The notes beneath the pieces were generated by a model, which searched no databases, was not told the origin of the DNA, and saw only the letters and a program-made list of their open reading frames with translations. A program made the translations under genes and the position numbers. A stretch of 64,000 nucleotides of DNA from an uncultured Gemmatimonadales bacterium (GTDB lineage Bacteria > Gemmatimonadota > Gemmatimonadetes > Longimicrobiales > RSA9). Of the stretch, positions 35,030-45,600 are shown piece by piece. The DNA is taken from the NCBI GenBank assembly GCA_963708135.1, contig OY970192.1, positions 512,001 through 576,000 on the forward strand, written 5' to 3'. Within the stretch, counting starts at the first letter, position 1; the number at the start of each line of letters is the position of its first letter.

Positions 35030-36336
35030 GCGCGACCCCCGCCCGCCGCGCCGCGCTGGTCGCGCTGCGCGCGCTGCGGCGGGGGGAGCTGCTGGACCGC
35101 GCGTTGGGGCGGGTCATGGCGCAGGTGCCGGCGGCGGAGCGGCCCTGGCTGCAGGAGCTGGTGTACGGCACCGTTCGACTGCGCGGGCGGCTGGACCATC
35201 TGCTCGACGCGCTGTTGCGGCGCGGCGTGGATTCCGTCCGGCCGGACGTGCTGGACGCGCTGCGGCTCGGGGCGTACCAGCTGCTCGAGATGGGGAGCGT
35301 GCCGGCGTACGCCGCCGTCTCGCAGGCCGTCGAGATGGCCAGGGACGAGGCGGGGAACGGAGCCGGCGGCCTGGTGAACGGGGTGCTGCAGTCGCTCCGT
35401 CGGGAGGGGCCGGGGATCGCGTTCCCCGACTTCGAGCGGGACCCGGTGGGTTACCTCTCGACCTGGGGCTCGCACCCGCGCTGGCTGGTGGAGCGGTGGG
35501 TCGCGCGCTTCGGTGCCGCGGACGCCCGGGCGCTGGTGGAAGCGGACAACCGGCGCCCGGAGCTGTACCTGCGGCCGGTGGGCGTGGATGCGGCCGGCGC
35601 CGCCGCCCGGCTGGCCGCCGCCGGCATCGATGCGGCGCCGGTGCCCGGCGCGCCCGATGCGGTGCGGCTGGCGGCGTCCGCGCCCGTGCTGGATGCGCTG
35701 GCTGCGGTACCGTCGATCGTGCAGGATCCGGCCGCGGGGCTGGTGGTGCGGTACGCGGCGCTGCCGGCCGGGGCCCGGGTCATCGACCTGTGCGCCGCGC
35801 CCGGCGGGAAGGCGGTGGCCCTGGCGGAGCGGGCGGCGCTCGTGGCCGCGGCGGACATCTCGGAGTGGCGTCAGGGCCGGCTGCGGGAGACGCTCGTCCG
35901 GCTGGCGGATGTCCGGCTGCCGGTGCGCCTGGTGGTGGCGGACGCGCGGCGGCCACCGTTCCGGGAGGTGGACGCGGTGCTGGTGGACGCGCCGTGCACC
36001 GGGACGGGGACGCTCCGCCGGCACCCGGACGGGCGGTGGCGGCTCGGCCCCGCGGACCTCGGGGCGCTGGTGGCGCTGCAGCAGGAGATCCTCGCCGCCG
36101 CGGCCGCGCTGGTGCGGCCGGGTGGTGTGCTGGTGTACTCGACGTGCTCGCTGGAAGCGGAGGAGAACGAGCAGCAGATGGAGTGGTTTCTGGCCGGGCA
36201 TCCCGGCTTCTCGCCCGCGCCGCCTGCCGGCGCCGTGGACGCCGCGCTGCTGGACGGTGGGGGGCGGCTCTCGGTCCTGCCCCAGCGCAGCGGCTACGAC
36301 GGCGCGTTCGCGGCGCGTCTCGTGAGGGTGGCGTAG
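35026..36336 (+). CDS. rsmB: 16S rRNA m5C967 methyltransferase
   Basis: NusB-like N-domain, SHPRWL, VQD, DLCAAPGGK, DAPCTGTG, YSTCS. Confidence 0.93.
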   Translation: MSATPARRAALVALRALRRGELLDRALGRVMAQVPAAERPWLQELVYGTVRLRGRLDHLLDALLRRGVDSVRPDVLDALRLGAYQLLEMGSVPAYAAVSQAVEMARDEAGNGAGGLVNGVLQSLRREGPGIAFPDFERDPVGYLSTWGSHPRWLVERWVARFGAADARALVEADNRRPELYLRPVGVDAAGAAARLAAAGIDAAPVPGAPDAVRLAASAPVLDALAAVPSIVQDPAAGLVVRYAALPAGARVIDLCAAPGGKAVALAERAALVAAADISEWRQGRLRETLVRLADVRLPVRLVVADARRPPFREVDAVLVDAPCTGTGTLRRHPDGRWRLGPADLGALVALQQEILAAAAALVRPGGVLVYSTCSLEAEENEQQMEWFLAGHPGFSPAPPAGAVDAALLDGGGRLSVLPQRSGYDGAFAARLVRVA

Positions 36337-37053
36337 ATGGCGCTCGGCGACTCGATCCGACGCATGCACCGCCCGCGCCGGGGTGCGCGAGCGCGGGGCA
36401 AGGAGGCGGCCGAGCGTCGTCCGCGGGCTCGCGGCCACGCGGGCCTGCCGTGGCTGCGCTGGATCGGGGTCGGCCTGCTGCTCGGGGCGCTGCTGCTCGG
36501 CGGGGGCTATCTCTTCGCGGAGCTCGTGATCTTCCCGCCCCGGCCGGAGACGAACGTCGTGACGGCCACGGTGCCGGACCTGCGGGGGAAGGACGAGGCT
36601 GCCGCGCGGCGGGCACTCCGCGCCGTCGGCCTGGTGCTCGGGCGCGTGGAGGCGCAGTCGGACCCGAACGAGCAGCCGGGCCGGATCGTGGCGCAGGCGC
36701 CGCTTCCGGGCCAGCGGCTGAAGCCGCGCGAGACGGTGGACGTGGCGCTCAGCACCGGTCCGGCCCGCGTCATGCTCCCGGACGTGACCGGGTTCCCCGT
36801 GGCACGCGCAACGACGATGCTCACGAGCCTGGGCTTCACGGTGCAGCAGCGGACGGTGCAGAACAACACGGCGGCGGGACGGGTGGTCGGCATGACGCCC
36901 GACCCGACCACATCCTACACGTTGCCGCGTCCCGTCGTGCTGGACGTGAGCTCCGGGCCGCCGCCCCCGCCGGCGGACACGCTGGCGCCGCCGGACAGCG
37001 CGGCAGCGCCCGACACGGCGCCCAGGCTGCCGCCGGTGATCCGTGGCCACTGA
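36337..37053 (+). CDS. PASTA-domain membrane protein
   Basis: One TM then two PASTA repeats (VPDLRG..., LPDVTG...). Confidence 0.88.
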   Translation: MALGDSIRRMHRPRRGARARGKEAAERRPRARGHAGLPWLRWIGVGLLLGALLLGGGYLFAELVIFPPRPETNVVTATVPDLRGKDEAAARRALRAVGLVLGRVEAQSDPNEQPGRIVAQAPLPGQRLKPRETVDVALSTGPARVMLPDVTGFPVARATTMLTSLGFTVQQRTVQNNTAAGRVVGMTPDPTTSYTLPRPVVLDVSSGPPPPPADTLAPPDSAAAPDTAPRLPPVIRGH

Positions 37054-37065
37054 GCGGAGCCCGCG

Positions 37066-37620
37066 ATGACGCGGCAGACGCGCGACTGGCTGGTGCGCGG
37101 CACCGTCGTGGCCGCTCTGGCGGTGGTCGTCGTGCTCGGCTGGAGGAGCCAGCGTGGCGGGCCGATCGTGGCGGGGAGCCGGGCGCCGGAGTTCCGGGCG
37201 GAGAGCCTGGCGGGGGACACCATCTCGCTGGCGTCGCTGCGGGGGCACGTGGTGCTGCTGAACGCGTGGGCTACGTGGTGCGCGCCGTGCCGGGAGGAGA
37301 TGCCGGCGCTCGAGAAGCTGTACCGCGAGCTGGGCCCGAAGGGGCTGCGGGTCGTGGCGGTGAGCGAGGACGCGGCGCCGGCGGGCGTGGAGGCGGCGGC
37401 GTCGCGGCGCGACGTCGCCTCGTTCGCGCGCGAGCTCGGCCTCACGTTCCCGGTGCTGCTCGACCCGTCCGGGCGGCTGCAGGAGGGTTGGGGGATCATC
37501 GGCCTGCCCACGACGTATCTGATCGGGCGCGACGGTCGGGTGGTGCGTCGGCTGCTGGGTCCGAAGCAGTGGGACGCGCCGCCCTACTCGACCGAGCTGC
37601 GGTCTCTGCTGGAGGGATGA
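37066..37620 (+). CDS. TlpA family disulfide reductase
   Basis: NAWATWCAPCREEMP, GLPTTYLI. Confidence 0.92.
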   Translation: MTRQTRDWLVRGTVVAALAVVVVLGWRSQRGGPIVAGSRAPEFRAESLAGDTISLASLRGHVVLLNAWATWCAPCREEMPALEKLYRELGPKGLRVVAVSEDAAPAGVEAAASRRDVASFARELGLTFPVLLDPSGRLQEGWGIIGLPTTYLIGRDGRVVRRLLGPKQWDAPPYSTELRSLLEG

Positions 37621-37621
37621 G

Positions 37622-38350
37622 GTGCGCTGGCTCCTGGACCGGCTGACCCACAACTGGACGCTGAAGCTGGCGGCGCTCGGGCTCGCGATCCTGCTCTGGA
37701 GCCTGGTGAAGTCGGAGGAGCTGACGCGCGTGACGGTGCCCGACATCCCCGTGCAGGTGCTGCTGCGCGATCCCGGCTGGGACCCGGCCGAGCCGCCCAG
37801 CCCGCAGACGGTGAGCGTCGTCTTCACGGGGCCGGTCCGCGAGGTGGTGCGGCTGGCGGTCGAGCGCCCGCGCGTGGTCGTGCCGGTCGAGCAGGTCACG
37901 GACTCGGTGGAGGTGCTCGTGCTGCGCACCGCGTGGGTCCAGCTCTACGGCAGCTTCACGCGCACGCGCGCCGAGGACATCCGGCCGAGCACCGTCCGCC
38001 TCGTCTTCGACCCGGTCTCCACGCGGCTCGTGCCGCTCGCGCTCCCCACGCGCGGCGCGCTGCCCCCCGGCATCGCGCTCGAGGGCCCGGTCCGCATCGA
38101 GCCGCCGAGCGTCCGCGTGAGCGGCCCCAAGCGCCGGCTGGAGGGGATCGATTCGATCGAGCTGCCGCCGCTCGACCTCACGCACGTCACCGGCCCCACC
38201 ACGCTGCGTGTGGGCGTGGACACGGCCGGCCTCGGACTGCTCGTCTCGCCCACCACAGTCCGGATCTTCGTGCCCGCCGGCCAGCCGCCGGACTCCACGG
38301 CTGGCGCGCCCGACAGCGCCGCCGCCCGCCCCCGCACGCCGCCCCGTTGA
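37622..38350 (+). CDS. YbbR/CdaR-like domain protein
   Basis: NWTLKLAALGLAILLW N-terminal TM; P..V.V.GP repeats. Confidence 0.8.
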   Translation: MRWLLDRLTHNWTLKLAALGLAILLWSLVKSEELTRVTVPDIPVQVLLRDPGWDPAEPPSPQTVSVVFTGPVREVVRLAVERPRVVVPVEQVTDSVEVLVLRTAWVQLYGSFTRTRAEDIRPSTVRLVFDPVSTRLVPLALPTRGALPPGIALEGPVRIEPPSVRVSGPKRRLEGIDSIELPPLDLTHVTGPTTLRVGVDTAGLGLLVSPTTVRIFVPAGQPPDSTAGAPDSAAARPRTPPR

Positions 38351-38352
38351 GC

Positions 38353-39402
38353 ATGGCGGCGTCCGCCCCCCTGATCCTCGGCCTCGAGACTTCGTGCGAC
38401 GAGACGTCCGCCGCAGTGATCCGGGGGGAGGACGAGGTGCTCGGGCACACCATCCTCTCGCAGGACATCCACGAGATCTACGGCGGCGTCGTCCCCGAGC
38501 TGGCGTCGCGCGCGCACCTGCGCGCCGTGGACGACGTGGTGGACGGCGCGCTGCGCCAGGCCGGCGTGGGCCTCGACCGGATCGACGTGCTCGGCGTCAC
38601 CGCAGGCCCCGGCCTCATCGGCGCGCTCCTCGTCGGTCTCGCCTGGGGCAAGGCGGTGGCCTACGCGCTCGGGCGCCCGCTCGTCGCGGTGCACCACATG
38701 GAGGCCCATCTCTTCGCCGCCTCGCTCGAGACGCCGGAGGCGCACCCGCCGTTCGTGGCGCTGCTCGTCTCGGGCGGCCACACCATGCTCCTCTGGGTGC
38801 CGGCGTGGGGCCGCTACGAGCTCCTCGGCGAGACCCGCGACGACGCCGCCGGCGAGGCCTTCGACAAGGTGGCCAAGATCCTGGGGCTCGGCTACCCGGG
38901 CGGCCCCGTGATCCAGCGTGTGGCGCCGGAGGGCGACGCCGCGCGCTTCGACTTCCCGCGCCCGATGCTCGCGGGCAACCAGCGCGAGGGCGACCCCGAC
39001 TACTACGACTTCTCGTTCAGCGGGCTCAAGACGTCCGTGCTGACGCGGGTGCGCGCGCTGGCCGAGGCCGGCACGCTCGGCGAGGAGGTGCCCTCCGTGG
39101 CCGCGTCCTTCCAGGCCGCCGTGGTGGAGGTGCTCGTGGCCAAGACGATGCGCGCCGTGGCCGCGCGCGGCTGCGCGCGCGTGCTGATCGGCGGGGGGGT
39201 GGCCGCCAGCCGCGCGCTGCGGGAGGGGATGGCGGCGGCGCTTGGCGCGGGCGGCGTGCTCTTCCACCCCACGCCGCGGCTGGCTACCGACAACGGCGCG
39301 ATGATCGCCCGCGTGGCGGCGTTCCGCCACGGGCGCGGCGAGCGCGCTCCGCTGGACGTGACCGCGCGCGCGGACCTGCCGTTCCCGGGACTCACCCGGT
39401 GA
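38353..39402 (+). CDS. tsaD: tRNA threonylcarbamoyladenosine transferase
   Basis: LGLETSCDET, GGVVPELASRAH, HHMEAH, SGGHT, DDAAGEAFDK, TDNGAMIA. Confidence 0.97.
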   Translation: MAASAPLILGLETSCDETSAAVIRGEDEVLGHTILSQDIHEIYGGVVPELASRAHLRAVDDVVDGALRQAGVGLDRIDVLGVTAGPGLIGALLVGLAWGKAVAYALGRPLVAVHHMEAHLFAASLETPEAHPPFVALLVSGGHTMLLWVPAWGRYELLGETRDDAAGEAFDKVAKILGLGYPGGPVIQRVAPEGDAARFDFPRPMLAGNQREGDPDYYDFSFSGLKTSVLTRVRALAEAGTLGEEVPSVAASFQAAVVEVLVAKTMRAVAARGCARVLIGGGVAASRALREGMAAALGAGGVLFHPTPRLATDNGAMIARVAAFRHGRGERAPLDVTARADLPFPGLTR

Positions 39403-39463
39403 GGCGGTCTCCGGCGCATTCCGTCCCCCGAGTGGCCTCGCCGCCGGCGCCGCGGAGCGCCGC

Positions 39464-40345
39464 ATGCTGACGCTGCTCCACCTCTCGGACGTGCACTTCG
39501 GCCCGCCCTACGTGCCGGAGGTCGGCGAGGCCGCGCTGGCCGCGGCGGAGGCGCTCGCGCCGGAGATCATCGTGGTGAGCGGCGATTTCACGCAGCGCGC
39601 GAAGCGCGAGCAGTTCCAGGAGGCGCGCGCGTTCCTGGACCGGCTGCCGGCCGTCCCGCTGGTCGTCACGCCGGGCAACCACGACGTGCCGCTGTACCGC
39701 GCGGCGGAGCGCCTCTTCTCTCCCTACGCGCTCTACCGCGAGTACATCTCGGATGCGCTGGACACCGCGCTGGTGCGCGACGACTGCGTGATCGTCGCGC
39801 TGAACAGCACGGCGCCGCTGCGGGCGCTGACGAACGGGCGCATCTCGCGCGGCCAGCTCGACTATGCGGCCGAGGTGCTCGGCGCGGCGCCGCCCGGCGT
39901 GCCGCGGATGGTGGTGGCGCACCACCATTTCGCCGCCGCGCCCGACTATGAGGGCGGCGAGGTGATGCCGAAGGCCAAGCGCGCGATCGACCGCTTCAAC
40001 GAGCTGCACGTGGACCTGATCATGGGCGGGCACCTGCACCGCGCCTACATCGGGAACTCTCTGGACCTGTATCCGGGTACGGAGCGCGAGCACGGAATCA
40101 TCATCGTGCAGTGCGGCACCACGACCTCCCGCCGCGGCAGGGCGCGCGAGCGCGAGAAGAACTCGTTCAACCTGATCCGCGTAGGAGAGGATGTGCTGCG
40201 GATCACCCATTACATGTACTTCGACGATGCCGGCGGCTTCGCTCCCGTGAGCCGGCACATCTTTCCGCGCGGCCGCGGCTACATGAGCGCCCCGCCGGAG
40301 TCGATCGAGGACCACGCCCCGGACCGGCCGCGGGCGCAGGAATAG
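39464..40345 (+). CDS. Metallophosphoesterase (calcineurin-like)
   Basis: HLSDVHFG, SGDFT, PGNHD, HH, GHLH. Confidence 0.92.
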   Translation: MLTLLHLSDVHFGPPYVPEVGEAALAAAEALAPEIIVVSGDFTQRAKREQFQEARAFLDRLPAVPLVVTPGNHDVPLYRAAERLFSPYALYREYISDALDTALVRDDCVIVALNSTAPLRALTNGRISRGQLDYAAEVLGAAPPGVPRMVVAHHHFAAAPDYEGGEVMPKAKRAIDRFNELHVDLIMGGHLHRAYIGNSLDLYPGTEREHGIIIVQCGTTTSRRGRAREREKNSFNLIRVGEDVLRITHYMYFDDAGGFAPVSRHIFPRGRGYMSAPPESIEDHAPDRPRAQE

Positions 40346-40350
40346 ACTCG

Positions 40351-42657
40351 ATGAGGCAGCTCCAGATTCGCCGTCGGATTTGGCGAGGCGGGCCCGTGCG
40401 GCGTCCGCGGCGGGGCGCGCGCCCGTGCGCTCGCGCCGCCGCGGCCCTGGCCGGCATGGCGCTGCTCGCGGCCCGCCCCTGCGGCGCGCGGGCGCAGGAG
40501 GCGCCCCCCACGGGGGCGGAAGTCGTCGAGGTCCGCTTCGCGGGCGCGCGCGCCTTCTCGCCGGACGTGCTCCAGGGGGCGATCGCCACGACGCCGAGCA
40601 GCTGCAAGAGCCCGGCGCTCTTCTTCCTATGCTGGGCGGGGATCGCGGTGGACCGGCAGCTCTACGACCCCGTGACGGTGCGCGCGGACGCGCTGCGGCT
40701 GCGGCTCTTCTACTACCAGCGTGGCTATCGCGCGGCGAAGATCGAGGCGTCCGCGCGCCGGGTGGGCGAGGACGCGAGCGTCGCATTCCGCATCGACGAG
40801 GGACGGCCGACGCTGGTGGAGGATGTCCTCATGGCCGGGGCGGACCCCGGGCTCGAGGCGGCGCTGTCCCGGGACCTGCCGATGGCGGCGGGACGGCCCT
40901 TCAGCCTGGTGGGTTACCAGGCGGAGCGCGACTCGCTCGAGGCGCGGCTTCGCAACCGCGGCTACGCGCACGCCGCGGCACTGGCCGGCTACCGTATCGC
41001 GAGCGACTCGCCGTACGTGGCGCACGTGCGCTACGACCTGGTGCCGGGGGCGCTGGCGCGCATCGACCAGATCCGCGTGATCGGTGCGAAGCGCGTCTCG
41101 CCCGCGGTCGTGCGTCGCATGCTGACCTTCAAGCGGGGCGACCTGTACAGCGTGCGGGAGATCCTGCGTAGCCAGCGCAACCTGTTCGGGCTGCAGGTGT
41201 TCCGACACGCGGAGATCACGCCCGACCTGGACTCGCCGGTGGACAGCCTGGTGCCGATCCAGGTGCAGGTGAACGAGGGTGACATCCACCGCGTCCGCTT
41301 CGGCGCCGGCATGAACACGGCGGACTGCGTGAACGCCGAGGGGCGCTGGACCAGCCGCAACTTCCTCGGCGGCGCGCGCCGGCTCGAGCTGCGCGGGCAG
41401 ATCGCCAACGTGCTCGCCGGGGCGCTCGACCCGGTCCCCTGCTACGACACCGGCGCGGGCATCTACCGCAAGCTGGCCGGCGCCGTCACGGCGGACTTCA
41501 CACAGCCGTGGTTCTTCAGCCCCCTGAACAGCATGAGCGCGGGCCTTTTCGTCGAGCGCCGGACGGTGCCGCAGGTGTTCGTGCGGACGGCGCGCGGCGG
41601 CTACGTCTCGCTCTCGCGCTCGCTCGGCGTCGGGACCAGCGTCTCGGTCGGCTTCCGCCCCGAGGTCACGGAGCTGCAGGCCGAGGGCGACCTGCTCTTC
41701 TGCACGAACTTCACGATCTGCGAGCAGAAGGACATCCAGGTGCTCGAGTCGCCGCACTGGCTCGCGCCGCTGACGCTCTCGTGGGCGCGGGACCGCTCGA
41801 ACGCGCTGTTCGCCCCCACGCACGGCTCGGTGCTGCGCTTCGATGGCGAGCTGGCGGGCGCCATGACCGGCTCCGACTTCTCCTACGCGCGCCTTGCGGC
41901 CGAGCTGAGCGAGTACAGGAGCCTCGGCAGCGGCGTTGTGCTCGCCGCTCGGCTGCGTCCCGGCTGGGCGCGTTCCCTCGGCGAGCCGCCCGAGGCCGGC
42001 GGGCTCGGGCTGCACCCGCAGAAGCGCTTCTTCGCCGGCGGCCCGAACAGCGTGCGCGGCTACGCGCAGTACCGCCTCGGCCCGAAGGTCCTGACCGCGG
42101 ATGCCGCGCGCATGCTGGCCGCCCCCGACTCGCTCGGCGGCGCCGGCTGCAGCGCGCAGCAGATCAACGACCGCAGCTGCGACCCCGGCGCCCTGCCGGC
42201 CAGCTCCTTCGACGTGCACCCGGTGGGCGGCGCCGCGCTGCTCGAGGGCAACGTGGAACTGCGCGTTCCCCTCTGGTGGGACAACGTCCGCGCCGCCACC
42301 TTCCTCGACTTCGGGCAGGTCTGGCCGCAGGCCTCGCAGGCCCGCCTCCGGGGGCTGGCTTTGACACCGGGCATCGGGGTCCGCTATTTCAGCGCGATCG
42401 GGCCGATCCGCATCGACGTGGGCTACAACGGCAGTGCCGCCGAGCGACTTCCCGTGCTGACGACGGAGGTGTGCGCCTACGTCAGCGCGGAGCAGCCGTG
42501 CGCGCCGATCGAGGTCGGCCGCAGCTACGCGCCGGGCGAGCTCCGCGACGTGCCGAACGGCCAGTTGCGCGCGCTCGACACGAACGTTCTCTGGCAGCCA
42601 CGCGGGAGCCTGCTCAGCCGGCTCCAGCTCCAGTTCTCGATCGGACAGGCGTTCTAG
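40351..42657 (+). CDS. Omp85 family outer membrane protein (TamA/BamA-like)
   Basis: POTRA-like repeats, FFAGGPNSVRGY, GPIRIDVG, C-terminal IGQAF; start uncertain. Confidence 0.9.
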   Translation: MRQLQIRRRIWRGGPVRRPRRGARPCARAAAALAGMALLAARPCGARAQEAPPTGAEVVEVRFAGARAFSPDVLQGAIATTPSSCKSPALFFLCWAGIAVDRQLYDPVTVRADALRLRLFYYQRGYRAAKIEASARRVGEDASVAFRIDEGRPTLVEDVLMAGADPGLEAALSRDLPMAAGRPFSLVGYQAERDSLEARLRNRGYAHAAALAGYRIASDSPYVAHVRYDLVPGALARIDQIRVIGAKRVSPAVVRRMLTFKRGDLYSVREILRSQRNLFGLQVFRHAEITPDLDSPVDSLVPIQVQVNEGDIHRVRFGAGMNTADCVNAEGRWTSRNFLGGARRLELRGQIANVLAGALDPVPCYDTGAGIYRKLAGAVTADFTQPWFFSPLNSMSAGLFVERRTVPQVFVRTARGGYVSLSRSLGVGTSVSVGFRPEVTELQAEGDLLFCTNFTICEQKDIQVLESPHWLAPLTLSWARDRSNALFAPTHGSVLRFDGELAGAMTGSDFSYARLAAELSEYRSLGSGVVLAARLRPGWARSLGEPPEAGGLGLHPQKRFFAGGPNSVRGYAQYRLGPKVLTADAARMLAAPDSLGGAGCSAQQINDRSCDPGALPASSFDVHPVGGAALLEGNVELRVPLWWDNVRAATFLDFGQVWPQASQARLRGLALTPGIGVRYFSAIGPIRIDVGYNGSAAERLPVLTTEVCAYVSAEQPCAPIEVGRSYAPGELRDVPNGQLRALDTNVLWQPRGSLLSRLQLQFSIGQAF

Positions 42658-42660
42658 GCC

Positions 42661-45600
42661 GTGACTCACGCGCTGCGCGTCCTGAAGACCGCGCTGATCC
42701 TGGCGCTCGCGCTCGTGGCGCTCGCCCTCGCCGCGCTGCTCCTGCTCACGCGCACGCCGCTCGGCGTGACGCGCGCCGGCGAGTACGTGTTGGGCTCCTT
42801 CCGCCGGCAGATCCACGGCTCGCTCCGGGTCGGCTCGGTCCGGAGCCGCTCGCTGCTCGGGGGCGTGACGCTGCACGACGTGGCGATCGATGGGCCGACC
42901 GGTGCGCCCTTCCTGCGCGTGGACAGCGTGAGCGTCGGCTACGACTGGCGCTCGCTGGTGCGCGGCCGGATCGTGCTCCACGACGTCACCCTCTACCATC
43001 CGGTGCTCGAGCTCGAGCAGGTGCCGGGCGACACCCTCTGGAACTTCGAGCACATCTTCCTCGACACGACCGCGGGCCCGTCCGCGAACCGGCTCATCCT
43101 GCTTCGGGCCGTCCACCTGGTGAACGGCTTCGCCACGGTGGCGTACCCGCTCTCCGTGAAGGGGCGCTTGCAGCCCTCGGATACCGCGCGGCTGCTCGTC
43201 CGGCACGTGCCGACCGGCTGGCAGCGGGTCATGCGCTTCGAGGGCGTGAACGGCCGGCTGCCGCGCGTGCTCTGGTCCTCGCCCGACGAGCCCGGCCGGC
43301 TCTTCAACGTGGACTCGATCGCGGGGCTCGCCTACGTGTGGCAGGAGCCCGTGCCGATCCGCCAGGGCGCGGGCACGCTGGCTTCGCGCGACTCGATCGT
43401 CTCCTTCGACTTCCCGACCGTCCGGCTGCCGGTCACACGCGGCTCCATCCTCGGCCGCGTCATCGTGCGCCACGAGCAGAACGACTACGACGTGCGCGTG
43501 CGCACCGACACCTTCTCCTTCTCCGACCTCGGCTGGGTCTACCCGCGCTTCCCCGCCCACGGCGGCGGCAGCGGCGAGCTGCGCATCCTGACCGTGCCGC
43601 GCGGCACGCTCTGGCTCATGCAGGACGCGCGCATCCAGGCGCCCGGCACGCGCGTGGCCGGCTCGTTCGGCATCGTGACCGGCGACACGCTCTACTTCAC
43701 GAAGGTCTCGCTCCGCGCCTCGCCCTTCGACCTCGAGCTGGTCGAGTCCATGCTGCCCGGCGGGCTCCCCGTGAAGGGGCTGCTCGTGGGGACCGTGGTG
43801 GTCGACGGCCCGCTCTCCGCGCTCGACACGCACGGCGACCTGCACCTGGCCGGCCGCGGCGGCGGCGAGAACCGCGTCGACTGGCGCGGCACGCTCGACC
43901 TCAGGGCGCCCTACGCGGCGCGCGCCTTCACCGCCGACCTCCACGGACTCGACCTCGCCCTCCTGTCGGTGATGGTGCGCGACCTCCCGCTGACCGGCTC
44001 CGTCTCCGGCCGCATCCAGGCGACGGGGCGCCTCGACCGCTCCCTGCGCCTCGTCGCTTCCCTCGACCACGAGCGCGCCGGCGCGCCGCCATCCCACATC
44101 GATGGCTCCGGCAGCCTGGCCATGCGCGAGGGATCCCCCGATGTTGACCTCCAGCTGCGCGCCACGCCCTTCGAGCTGGGCGCGCTGACGAGCGCGTTCC
44201 CCTTCCTCACCCGCCTCGAGGGGCAGGCGAGCGGCCCCGTCACCGTCCGCGGCACGCCCGCCGACCTGGGCGTGCACGCCGATCTCGAGACCCCCGCCGG
44301 CCCCGTCACCATGGACGGGCGCTTCGATCTCACCGGCGCCCGGCCCATCTACCACGCGACGGGCACCGTCACCGGCTTCCGGCTCGGCCGCGCGCTCACC
44401 GCGCTGCCCGCGGCCAGCACGCTCACCGCCCGGTTCCGCGTGGACGGCTCCGGCGCCGACCTCGCGTCCGCCGCGGCCACGGCCGTGGTCCACGTCGACA
44501 CGGCGCACGTGGGCGCGCTGGCGGTGCACGATGGGCTGCTTCGCCTCGACGTCCGCGACGGCGTGGCGCGCGTGGACACGCTCACCCTGCCCACCAACGC
44601 GGGCCGGATCACCGGCGATGGCTCGCTCGGCCTCGCGCCCGGCCGCTCGGGCACGGTCCGCCTCGCCGTGCGCGCCGACTCGCTGGCCGCGCTGCGCCCC
44701 TTCTTCTTCCCGGACACCCTGCTCCTGGCCGGGGCGGGCGCGCAGCCGCCATCCGCGCCGTACTTCGACGGCGACCTGCGGGCGAGCGCGAAGCTGGTCG
44801 GCAGCATCTCGGACTTCGACGTGAGCGGCGACGCGGCGCTCGACCGGCTCGTCTTTGGCGAGCTGCGCGCCCGCCGCGCCACGCTCCGCTTCACCGGCAG
44901 CGGCGTGGGCGGCCCGCGCTTCGGCCTGCACGTGGAGGCGCGCGCCGACTCCGTCCGCCTCGGCGCCCGGCAGGTGGACACCGCCGCCTTCGCGCTCGAC
45001 TACGCAGGCCCGGAAGGGGTGCTGCGCTTCGACGCGGCCGCGCCCGGCCGCGGCGCGTACCGCCTCTCGAGCCGGTTCCGCCGCGCCGGCGACGGCCTCC
45101 TCTTCGACATCGGCGAGCTCCGGTTCGGGGGGGACGAGGGGTTGTGGCGGCTGGCGGCGCCGGCGCGCCTGAGGGTGGCCGCCGACGCCGTCGACCTGGA
45201 CAGCCTCTCGCTCGTCGGGGCCGGCGGCGGTTCGATCACCGCCCATGGCGCCCTCGGCTGGAGCGCAAGAGACGCGGCCGGCCGGCCCACCGATCCGCCG
45301 CTCTCCTTCGCGCTGGATGTCGAGCGCGCCTCGATCCCGGACTTCCTGCGGCTCGCGCAGACCGATCCGCGCGCCGGCGGCGTGGTCAGCGGCCGGCTTT
45401 CGCTGGGCGGCTCCGCCCTCGCGCCGGTGATCGGCGGAACGGTGACGGTGGACAGCCTGCGCTACGGGGACCGCGCGCTGCAGCGCCTCCAGGCGACGAT
45501 GGCGTACGCGGACCACCGGCTCGACCTCCGGCTCGAGGGCCGCGAGGGTGGCCGGCGCATCCTGGCCGGCAACGGGCGGATCCCGCTGGACCTCGCGCTG

